IMG/VR virus record: IMGVR_UViG_3300017917_001996
Coordinates: 62,001-126,000 of that record
DNA length: 64,000 nt
Direction: 5' to 3' (one strand)
Shown here: one piece after another, positions 1 through 7,490 of the stretch
Layout: every line of letters starts with the position of its first letter
How positions within the stretch are numbered: position 1 is the first letter of the stretch
Position numbers and translations under genes: made by a program
Notes under the pieces: model-generated
What the model was told of the DNA's origin: nothing
The model's input: only the letters and a program-made list of their open reading frames with translations
Databases searched by the model: none

Positions 1-1
1 T

Positions 2-73
2 GGTGTATTTAAATCCGATCCTGCTGTGCGTAACGAGTTTATGAACATTGTTAATGCTTGTAAAACAAAATAA
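2..73 (+). CDS. folE: GTP cyclohydrolase I, C-terminal end (gene starts before the window)
   Basis: Frame 2 reads GVFKSDPAVRNEFMNIVNACKTK*, matching the FolE C-terminal G.F..D...R.EF motif; queD and queE lie downstream. Confidence 0.75.
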   Translation, partial: GVFKSDPAVRNEFMNIVNACKTK

Positions 74-74
74 G

Positions 75-680
75 TTATCTACCTAAAAACTTATAATCGT
101 ATCTCTTTTTAAGTAGATACGGTGTAGTGTTAAAATGTCGTGATGCGGCTCCTATAGTAGGAAAGGTTATGCCTTCGACTACTATAGGGCGAACATTAGG
201 ATTGTTATTATTTTGACTCATCCTTTTTCGCTGTGCTGGATCTTTCATTGGATTGTTTTCTACCATGCGTTTACGAACTTGTTCAATAATTTCTGGTGTA
301 GAAAAAATGTTATCTTTCCCTCTTTTGTAAGATCCTCGGGCTTTACGAGTAGCAGACATCTTAACATACGATTCCGGAGTGCAGTATATTTGTGGGGTTG
401 GACACTTGGAAGTATCATACTTGGCATTAAACAATTTATAGGCATACATCATTCTGTATCGGTTTGCACCCTTAACCATTTCAATTAACAGTCTATGACA
501 TACTCTGTGTTCTTTGTAGGTAAGCACCACAAGATTACTCGGATCATCTGTGCCGCCAAATGACCGTGGAATGATGTGATGCGTTTGAAATCCATCATTT
601 CGTTCTTTAAGGTGATTACGCTGAATAGAACGATTGATTATTCTATAATAAACCTTGGTGTATTTGTTATCTAAAAACAT
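75..680 (-). mobile_element. Free-standing HNH homing endonuclease
   Basis: HHIIPRSFGGTDDPSNLVVLTYKEHRVCH is an HNH motif; basic C-terminal DNA-binding region; opposite strand to neighbours; TAAATA late-promoter motif on the - strand at 715-720. Confidence 0.85.
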
Positions 681-741
681 TGACTCTTCCTATATGATAT
701 GTTAAACTTAAATATATTTATCAAAATGGATGTTGTGACAA

Positions 742-855
742 ATGAATAAACTTACACAAACCACTGTACTGCACGGCGCATTCCGTACTGATCCAAGCGT
801 TAAAAAAGAGTTTATGGACAATATTAAGCTACAGCAAGACTGGGCTCCACGTTAA
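742..855 (+). pseudogene. folE: Orphan second folE 3' fragment
   Basis: Reads MNKLTQTTVLHGAFRTDPSVKKEFMDNIKLQQDWAPR*, a FolE C-terminus distinct from the one at 2-73; not in the ORF track; no Shine-Dalgarno evident. Confidence 0.7.
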
Positions 856-871
856 TTAGAAAGGACTTAAC

Positions 872-1549
872 ATGACCGCTATTGTTTATCGAGGTGCTGC
901 TGCTATTAACCAAGCCATGGGCCGTGTCTATGGACACATGGCTGCGGCTATTTTTACCAGCATGGTTATTAGTTATCTAGTAGGAACTTCCGCTGCATTG
1001 ATGGAATTTTTCTTTACTGGATTTACCAAGTGGGTTGTAATCTTTGCACCCTTGGCATTTATATTTTTAGTTCCTATTTTGCTCAATGCAGGACTTCCTA
1101 AAATCGGTAAGGTGCTGACCTTGCACGCCTTTGCTGGCCTTATGGGCTTGAGCTTTGCCACTATCTTTGCAGTCTACACCATGGGCAGTATTGTTAGTGC
1201 ATTTATGAGTGGTGCCGTGTTGTTTGGGGTTATGAGCTTGTATGGTTACTTTACCAAGCAGAGCCTAGACAGCCTTGGCAAGTATTTGCTAGTAGGCCTA
1301 ATTGCAATTATCATTGCCAGCATTATCAATATCTTTGTTGGCAGCACTGTAGCACAAATGGTAATCAGCGCCATTGCTATTCTTATCTTCCTGGGCCTTA
1401 CTGCCTACGATACACAACAAATTAGAGAAATGGTAATGACTGACTCCGACGACAGTGTTGAGATTTCTGGTGCGCTAACTTTGTATCTGGATTTCATTAA
1501 CTTGTTCCTGAGTCTGCTGCAACTATTCGGAAATAAAAAGGATGATTAA
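872..1549 (+). CDS. Bax inhibitor-1/YccA family membrane protein
   Basis: About seven hydrophobic segments; GLTAYDTQ and GALTLYLDFINLFLSLLQL motifs typical of BI-1/YccA; SD AAGGA. Confidence 0.9.
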   Translation: MTAIVYRGAAAINQAMGRVYGHMAAAIFTSMVISYLVGTSAALMEFFFTGFTKWVVIFAPLAFIFLVPILLNAGLPKIGKVLTLHAFAGLMGLSFATIFAVYTMGSIVSAFMSGAVLFGVMSLYGYFTKQSLDSLGKYLLVGLIAIIIASIINIFVGSTVAQMVISAIAILIFLGLTAYDTQQIREMVMTDSDDSVEISGALTLYLDFINLFLSLLQLFGNKKDD

Positions 1550-1551
1550 AA

Positions 1552-1764
1552 ATGACTAAAAATAAACCAGCGATTAACAAGATCAGCGACAAGCTAACCA
1601 AAGTTGGCGATTCATTTACAGTAACCATGTATGACAATGGTTTTATGTTTGAGATCGGCGGACGTAACGAAAACGACGACTGGTCAAATGCCCGTTTGAT
1701 TTGCTCTAACCTAGACGATCTTGTTACACTAATAATGGAAGCTATCGAAGCTGAAAGAGATTAA
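1552..1764 (+). CDS. Hypothetical protein
   Basis: 70-aa ORF tightly packed in the operon. Confidence 0.7.
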   Translation: MTKNKPAINKISDKLTKVGDSFTVTMYDNGFMFEIGGRNENDDWSNARLICSNLDDLVTLIMEAIEAERD

Positions 1765-1766
1765 CT

Positions 1767-2186
1767 ATGGCACTTTGGACTATATGCCCATCTGAAACAT
1801 ATCGAGCTGTAACCGAAATACAGCTATGGAAAAAATTTGATTACGAGTTAATCAGAGAAGAAACATACGATTGGGCTGAGTTTGAAGTTAATTCAGATAC
1901 CGAACCCATGGTTAACTTAAAAAACGATTACGGTTATAAAGTTAACCATGATCCAAACTATAGTTGGAGTTTAACACAATTAGTGCAAACAAGACCCGAA
2001 CCAACTATTAAATGGACGTATCCAGCCAGCATGTCCGAAGGGCAAGTTTATAACTTAAAAAATCTAATTGAACAAAATGGTTATGTTGGATTAGATTCCG
2101 AAGGTTGGGAACTAGTTAACACAGATTTTTGGTTCTGGGGACCTTTGAGTATTGCACAGGCTGTTAACAATCCACCAGGAGAATAA
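1767..2186 (+). CDS. Hypothetical protein (paralogue of 2189-2617)
   Basis: Shares W..I..E / IREE..W / D.....LKN..G / GW...T..W..GPL pattern with the next ORF. Confidence 0.75.
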   Translation: MALWTICPSETYRAVTEIQLWKKFDYELIREETYDWAEFEVNSDTEPMVNLKNDYGYKVNHDPNYSWSLTQLVQTRPEPTIKWTYPASMSEGQVYNLKNLIEQNGYVGLDSEGWELVNTDFWFWGPLSIAQAVNNPPGE

Positions 2187-2188
2187 AC

Positions 2189-2617
2189 TTGGCCACTTGG
2201 AAAATTTCAAACTATCACAAAAAGAACGCCGTTGAACGTCAGTACTGGCACAAAGACGGTAAAACGATAATTCGCGAAGAAGGGTTTCGCTGGGGGACCT
2301 GGTATTGCGAAAGTGATACTAAGCCCGATGTTGACTTAAAGAACCCCGACGGTTTCGAAGTTAGTTGGACTGAAGATTACGAATGGGAAATGGAAATGAT
2401 GGACGATGGTTGCTGGGGCAACCTAGAAGCCGGAAAAAACACTACCGATGAAGACCTAGAAGAATTCGAGTCAGCGTGGGAAGAAGACAGTTACGAAGGC
2501 GTCGAAGCATTGGGTTGGACTAATGACGATACTGAGTATTGGTTGTACGGTCCTTTAGAATTAACTAACGTGGATACCGGCGAATCATGGAATGGAGATG
2601 ATAATGACAACAACTAA
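2189..2617 (+). CDS. Acidic hypothetical protein (paralogue of 1767-2186)
   Basis: Starts TTG; same motif pattern as the previous ORF; D/E-rich. Confidence 0.75.
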   Translation: MATWKISNYHKKNAVERQYWHKDGKTIIREEGFRWGTWYCESDTKPDVDLKNPDGFEVSWTEDYEWEMEMMDDGCWGNLEAGKNTTDEDLEEFESAWEEDSYEGVEALGWTNDDTEYWLYGPLELTNVDTGESWNGDDNDNN

Positions 2618-2891
2618 AAAGAAATCAACAACTACCAAGACAGCAAAAGTCAGCAACGAAACATGGCCTAAAGTGGTCAAGGGTAGTCACTTAACTGTTA
2701 CTACACACGAAGACGGCCGCACTGAACTTGAATGGGACGATGAACAACTGTTAAAAGAAGTTCAAGAAGCCATTGCTAGTGTAAAACCAGTTAAGCCAGC
2801 AGTAAAAGCTAAATCAGTTAAAAAGGTTCCAGAAGCAATGAAGCGTAAGGAAACTAAACCCAAAGCTGCTACTAAGAAAGCTAAATCATGA
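2604..2891 (+). CDS. Lys/Ala-rich basic protein, possibly DNA-binding
   Basis: ATG 2604 with GGAG SD; C-terminus VKPVKPAVKAKSVKK...KPKAATKKAKS resembles histone H1-like tails. Confidence 0.6.
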   Translation: MTTTKKKSTTTKTAKVSNETWPKVVKGSHLTVTTHEDGRTELEWDDEQLLKEVQEAIASVKPVKPAVKAKSVKKVPEAMKRKETKPKAATKKAKS

Positions 2892-3358
2892 AATGGTTCT
2901 TAAATACATTAGAACGCCTAGGGCGCAAACGTATTGTAATGGACAGGATTAACAATGAACCTTATTTGGAACGCTATTATCTATTCCTCAAGGACCGAAC
3001 ATGGTTTCCCTTTAATGTGTTCCTTCATCGGTTTCTTAAGTCAGATCCCGATGATGTGCATGATCATCCATGGCCTTACGCTACTTTAATTCTTAAAGGT
3101 GGCTACTGGGAATGGATTCCACAGTTTAATAGTCAAGGAGAAAAAATTGGCGAAATCGCAAAATGGCGCGGGGCGGGAAGTTTTCGTACTTGTGGCGCTA
3201 CTAGCTATCATCGTATTGAGCTTGATCCTAGCATAGAGTGTTGGACATTGTTTATGCCAGGGCCGCAACGTCGAGAATGGGGATTCCTGGTCAATAATAA
3301 ATGGGTACAACACGAACAGTACCTAGAATCGAGAAAACATGTATATAACTCTAACTAA
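2888..3358 (+). CDS. Cupin-fold (RmlC-like) protein
   Basis: DDVHDHPW...ILKGGYWE...YHRIEL...WTLF metal-binding cupin motifs. Confidence 0.75.
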   Translation: MKWFLNTLERLGRKRIVMDRINNEPYLERYYLFLKDRTWFPFNVFLHRFLKSDPDDVHDHPWPYATLILKGGYWEWIPQFNSQGEKIGEIAKWRGAGSFRTCGATSYHRIELDPSIECWTLFMPGPQRREWGFLVNNKWVQHEQYLESRKHVYNSN

Positions 3359-3575
3359 TGCTACCGAACAACATCGCGGTAATAAAATTGCTATCAATGC
3401 TGATTTAATTGCCACAGTGCATAGTAAATTTCTTACTAACAATGATGGCATCATTGAAAACATAACTTATATCTTTTGTCCGCCGCACGGTACATGGGAA
3501 GTAAGCGAACCACTAGAAACTGTTGTAGGTATCTTAAATGGTTTTGATAACAAGACTCAGACCGATAGTGCTTGA
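3339..3575 (+). CDS. Hypothetical protein, weak FlbD/SwrD-like pattern
   Basis: I.LT...I.INADLI..V...V.E.LETVV pattern recalls FlbD family proteins; by eye only. Confidence 0.45.
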   Translation: MYITLTNATEQHRGNKIAINADLIATVHSKFLTNNDGIIENITYIFCPPHGTWEVSEPLETVVGILNGFDNKTQTDSA

Positions 3576-3846
3576 GATTAGGGGGCTAACCGATGAGATG
3601 ATCCAGTGGTATCGTTCCATCGGTGGTAAGTCCTTTACTCAAGAACATTGGGACTATCGCGGCAATCGAAAAGAATTAACCTTTGTTGGTTACGGCAATG
3701 GTAAATACTGTCACTATCGCAAAGATGGTACTGGTGGTGTTCGACTACACTTCAACGAAGAAGATGCAAAAATAGCAACCATGTTTATATTGCAATTTCC
3801 AGATGAAGTCGAAGCTCATAATATGGTTAAAGAACACTTTGAATAA
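3538..3846 (+). CDS. Hypothetical protein
   Basis: Open frame filling the operon gap; true start uncertain. Confidence 0.6.
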   Translation: MVLITRLRPIVLEIRGLTDEMIQWYRSIGGKSFTQEHWDYRGNRKELTFVGYGNGKYCHYRKDGTGGVRLHFNEEDAKIATMFILQFPDEVEAHNMVKEHFE

Positions 3847-3881
3847 GCGGCAACACCCCGCTAATTATAATAAATAAACGT

Positions 3882-4439
3882 ATGAAGAAACTCTATCTAT
3901 ACGTTAAACAACACAAAGTAACTGGGTTAAAATATTTTGGTATGACTGCTACAAAAGATCCATATGTGTACACCGGCTCTGGAAAATACTGGAGAAGACA
4001 CCTTAAAATTTACGGCAAAGATATAGATACGGTCAACGTCTGGGAGTTTACAGATCCGTTAGCTTGCGAAAAATTTGCACTAGATTTTTCGGAAAAAAAT
4101 AAAATCGTTGAATCATCAGATTGGGCAAATTTAAGGCCAGAAAACGGAAAAGACGGAAAGGTGCCTGGTAGTCCGGGCATGAAAAAGGAAAAAAATCCAA
4201 ACTGGGGCAAAATTAAAGAGCAAAATTCGTTTTATGGTAAAAAGCACACATCAGAGACCATTGAACTGTACAGACAACAAAAATTAGGGGGCAATAATCC
4301 TCGTGCTAAAAAAGTCACTACACCGTCAGGCAAATACAATTGTCTAAACGATGCAGCCAAGGCAGAATGTATTAATAGAGATACCCTCAGATCTAAATTA
4401 AACAATAATTTTCCTGGCTATCATTGGGGATGGCTCTAA
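3882..4439 (+). mobile_element. Free-standing GIY-YIG (Seg-like) homing endonuclease
   Basis: LYLYVKQHKVTGLKYFG...Y.GSG.YW N-terminus; NUMOD3-like NPNWGK / NSFYGKKHTSETI repeats; own TAAATA motif at 3871-3876. Confidence 0.85.
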
Positions 4440-4518
4440 ATATATAAAGCGGTCTTTTGGCATCATTCCCGCTATATAAACTCTGCTGCCTATGCTACAA
4501 TAGCCTAGGAGGACAAAA
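4437..4518 (+). promoter_or_regulatory. Late promoter plus structured queD leader (pseudoknot / anti-SD hairpin)
   Basis: TAAATA 4437-4442; stem AGCGG 4448-4452 / CCGCT 4469-4473; GGCA 4459-4462 / TGCC 4487-4490; hairpin 4489-4509 overlapping SD AGGAGG 4507-4512. Confidence 0.55.
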
Positions 4519-5016
4519 ATGCAACCTGTAGTTTACAAATATACTAGCACAAAAGAATACCACGATGCGTTTCCTTGTGCATATCGCCAATGGCGTGCTG
4601 ATAGTCACTGCAACCTAATTCACGGTTACAGTTTTAGCATGAAGTTTTACTTTGGCACCAACGATTTAGACATTCGTAATTGGGCCGCTGACTATGGCGG
4701 TCTTAAAGAACTCAAGAAAATTTTAGAAGATCAATTTGATCATACCTTGATTGTGGCACAAGACGATCCAGAGATGGAAACATTTAAACTGCTACAAGAA
4801 AAGAAAATGGCCAAGATTGTTGTACTACCACGTCTAGGCTGCGAAGGTCTTAGCGACATGCTGTACAAATTTGTCAATGGTGTTTACATTCCACAGTACT
4901 GGGGACCAGGCGAAGCAGAACGTCTATGGTGCTACCGTGTAGAAGTACGTGAAACACAGGCCAATATGGCTTTCCGCGAAGGACATCGCGAGTGGAATGA
5001 GGATTTATTTGCATGA
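4519..5016 (+). CDS. queD: 6-carboxy-5,6,7,8-tetrahydropterin synthase
   Basis: C..R.W...SHC..IHGYS and DHT..V motifs plus C-terminal V.V.ET of the PTPS/QueD family. Confidence 0.9.
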   Translation: MQPVVYKYTSTKEYHDAFPCAYRQWRADSHCNLIHGYSFSMKFYFGTNDLDIRNWAADYGGLKELKKILEDQFDHTLIVAQDDPEMETFKLLQEKKMAKIVVLPRLGCEGLSDMLYKFVNGVYIPQYWGPGEAERLWCYRVEVRETQANMAFREGHREWNEDLFA

Positions 5017-5351
5017 GCAAACTAAGATATAATATCAATAATATCGGCGGCGAAATTATCAAAGATAACGAAACCTATGTGCTACAAGACAATAAACTGC
5101 TAAAAGATCTTGTAGTCAGTAGCACATTCCTAAAGCCTAATCAAAGCACACGAGGTCACAACCATCCCGGTCAAGAAGAAGTTTATTATTTTGTTTCCGG
5201 ATCAGGTCGTATGCAGATTGACGATGAGGTCTTTGATGTAAAAGACGGTAGTGTCGTGCTGATACCCGATGGAGTGTTTCATAGGGTTTTTAACCCAACC
5301 GAAAAGCCATTGTACTTTGTCTGTGTATTTAACGGTCAGAGAAACCATTGA
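5013..5351 (+). CDS. Cupin_2 domain protein
   Basis: GHNHPGQEEVYYFVSGSG...LIPDGVFHRVFN cupin motifs. Confidence 0.85.
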   Translation: MSKLRYNINNIGGEIIKDNETYVLQDNKLLKDLVVSSTFLKPNQSTRGHNHPGQEEVYYFVSGSGRMQIDDEVFDVKDGSVVLIPDGVFHRVFNPTEKPLYFVCVFNGQRNH

Positions 5352-5376
5352 CTCTGTATTTCAAACATTCTATAAT
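5348..5376 (+). promoter_or_regulatory. Sigma70-type promoter, probably leaderless
   Basis: TTGACT-N17-TATAAT; ATG at 5383 follows the -10 after 6 nt. Confidence 0.8.
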
Positions 5377-5382
5377 ATCAAA

Positions 5383-5673
5383 ATGAATAATAAACAAAAT
5401 GAAATTCTTTTAATTACACAAGAGGAGTGCGCCGAGGTAACACAGGCTATTAGCAAGTGTTACCGATTCGGCTTAGACAATTACAAGCCTGGCAAACCAA
5501 AAACTAATAGAGAACACCTAGCCGAAGAGTTAGGAGATCTTCTAGCCATGGTCACACTGTGTCATGACTTTGGTCTAGTAGACTTTCACGAAGTCATGAC
5601 AGCCAAGGATGCTAAACTAGAAAAGCTACGTCAATGGTCAAATATTTTCAAGGTCGAAAATGAGCAAAATTAA
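5383..5673 (+). CDS. MazG-like nucleotide pyrophosphohydrolase
   Basis: QEECAEV...EELGDLLAM acidic motifs of the MazG/NTP-PPase fold; start reassigned to ATG 5383 after the promoter. Confidence 0.75.
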   Translation: MNNKQNEILLITQEECAEVTQAISKCYRFGLDNYKPGKPKTNREHLAEELGDLLAMVTLCHDFGLVDFHEVMTAKDAKLEKLRQWSNIFKVENEQN

Positions 5674-6517
5674 AATCGCAGAACTGTTTTACAGTATTCA
5701 AGGCGAAGGACGTTACATGGGCGTCCCTAGTGTGTTCTTACGCACATTTGGTTGTAACTTTACCTGTTCAGGCTTTGGTATGCCTGCTGGTGAAAAGAGC
5801 GCCGAGGTAAATGAAATTGTTTCAAGGGCACATTACTTCAAGGACTACAAAGAACTACCTTTGGTGTCTACAGGATGCGACAGCTACGCCAGTTGGCATC
5901 CTGCATTTAAAGATTTAAGCCCTATGCTAACTTCTGACGCTATTGTAGATCGCATCATGGAAATTATTCCATACAACGAGTGGCGCGACGAACATCTCGT
6001 AATCACAGGCGGTGAACCATTACTAGGTTGGCAACGTGCTTACCCAGATATGCTTGATCATCCTAAAATGCAAAGTCTAAAAGAAATTACCTTTGAGACC
6101 AATGGCACTCAAGAACTTAGTAAAGAGTTTAGACAATATCTTTTGAACTGGACCCTGGGCCGCAAGGATCGTGGATATCAAGCACTTACATTTAGTGTCA
6201 GCGCAAAGTTGCCTTGCAGTGGCGAAACTTGGGAAGATGCTATTAGACCCGACATTGTGTTAAGTTATCAGGATGTCGGTCATACCTATCTTAAATTTGT
6301 TGTAGCTACAGAACAAGATGTTGCCGACGCACTCCGTGCTACTGAAGAATTTCGCAGTGCAGGCTTCAACGGTAATGTATATCTAATGCCAGTTGGTGGC
6401 GTTGAAAGCGTGTACTCTCTAAACAACAGAGCGGTTGCCTTGCTAGCCATGAAGCACGGTCTACGCTATAGTGATAGACTTCAGGTTCCGCTTTTTAAGA
6501 ACGAGTGGGGAACTTAA
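5660..6517 (+). CDS. queE: 7-carboxy-7-deazaguanine synthase (radical SAM)
   Basis: ELFYSIQGEG...PSVFLR.FGCN, ITGGEPLL, FETNGT, S.RLQV.L motifs; cysteines spaced CX3CX36C. Confidence 0.9.
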   Translation: MSKIKIAELFYSIQGEGRYMGVPSVFLRTFGCNFTCSGFGMPAGEKSAEVNEIVSRAHYFKDYKELPLVSTGCDSYASWHPAFKDLSPMLTSDAIVDRIMEIIPYNEWRDEHLVITGGEPLLGWQRAYPDMLDHPKMQSLKEITFETNGTQELSKEFRQYLLNWTLGRKDRGYQALTFSVSAKLPCSGETWEDAIRPDIVLSYQDVGHTYLKFVVATEQDVADALRATEEFRSAGFNGNVYLMPVGGVESVYSLNNRAVALLAMKHGLRYSDRLQVPLFKNEWGT

Positions 6518-7056
6518 TGAACTTTTTCTATTACGATCTTTTCTCACCTGAAGATTGTAAAGCTATGTCGGACGAAATGTTTATGCTATATAAACACAAT
6601 CGTCTAGCCAAGGACGAAACTGTTTATACCAGCGGATCTATGGGTGCTTTTAATTTAAATTCAACCTTTGCACATTTACCAAGGATTGAAAAAAGAATTA
6701 AAAGCAATTACGGCGACAACATTAAGTTTGAAAATACATTTAGTAGAATATATCAAAACGGTAACGATTTAAAAATACACACCGACAGGCCCGGGCTTGA
6801 TATTACACTGAGTGCCTGTTTGTACACTAACCTTGATCAAGACTGGCCAATTTATGTTTCAAATGATACTGTAGACGGCATCTGGGATAACGTTGTTGAT
6901 CCTGATATATACAAACGCGACTATAAAGTTTATTCAACACCCGTAGGCACAGGTGTTGCCTGCTTGGGTACCAGATCGCCGCATTGGCGCGATACTTTAG
7001 TTTGCCGCAACGACCAATATGTGGTACAAGTTTTCTATCACTGGTCATTTACATAA
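6517..7056 (+). CDS. 2OG-Fe(II) oxygenase superfamily protein
   Basis: F.RIY..G..L..HTDR (HxD) and distal HWR motif; ATG overlaps the queE stop (TAATG). Confidence 0.75.
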   Translation: MNFFYYDLFSPEDCKAMSDEMFMLYKHNRLAKDETVYTSGSMGAFNLNSTFAHLPRIEKRIKSNYGDNIKFENTFSRIYQNGNDLKIHTDRPGLDITLSACLYTNLDQDWPIYVSNDTVDGIWDNVVDPDIYKRDYKVYSTPVGTGVACLGTRSPHWRDTLVCRNDQYVVQVFYHWSFT

Positions 7057-7066
7057 AGAGACTACT

Positions 7067-7459
7067 ATGTTTGATAAATTAAAAAACCTACTAGGTACTA
7101 AAAAAGAAGAAGTTGTTGCACCTCCTGTAGAAAAGAAGGAACGCAAGCCTCGCAAGGTTAAAACTGCCAAAGAAATAGCTACCGAGAATGGTGAGCCTTG
7201 GGTTGACATCGTCAGTGTAGAACTAGATCCGGAAAACATTGGCAACGGTGCATTTGAACTAGACTGGAACGACAAGTTTATTGCCAAATTAGTACGTGCT
7301 GGCTACAAAGGTAAAACGGATCAACAAATTGTGGACCAATGGTTCCAGGATGTTTGCCGAAATGTAGTACTCGAAACATTCGAGCAAGAGCAAGCAGATC
7401 CAGATCGCAGACAACTAAATCGTCGCCGTTTGGACAACGATCGAACAGAATTTAGTTGA
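7067..7459 (+). CDS. Hypothetical phage protein
   Basis: ATG 7067 in frame with the track ORF; globular GEPWV...FELDWN...L...GY core. Confidence 0.7.
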   Translation: MFDKLKNLLGTKKEEVVAPPVEKKERKPRKVKTAKEIATENGEPWVDIVSVELDPENIGNGAFELDWNDKFIAKLVRAGYKGKTDQQIVDQWFQDVCRNVVLETFEQEQADPDRRQLNRRRLDNDRTEFS

Positions 7460-7484
7460 CCAGGCGGTCATTATATGCTAATAT
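7456..7484 (+). promoter_or_regulatory. Sigma70-type promoter (extended -10), probably leaderless
   Basis: TTGACC-N17-TAATAT with TG at -15/-14; ATG 7491 follows after 6 nt; TGACC-N4-GGTCA inverted repeat over the -35. Confidence 0.7.
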
Positions 7485-7490
7485 AATGAC

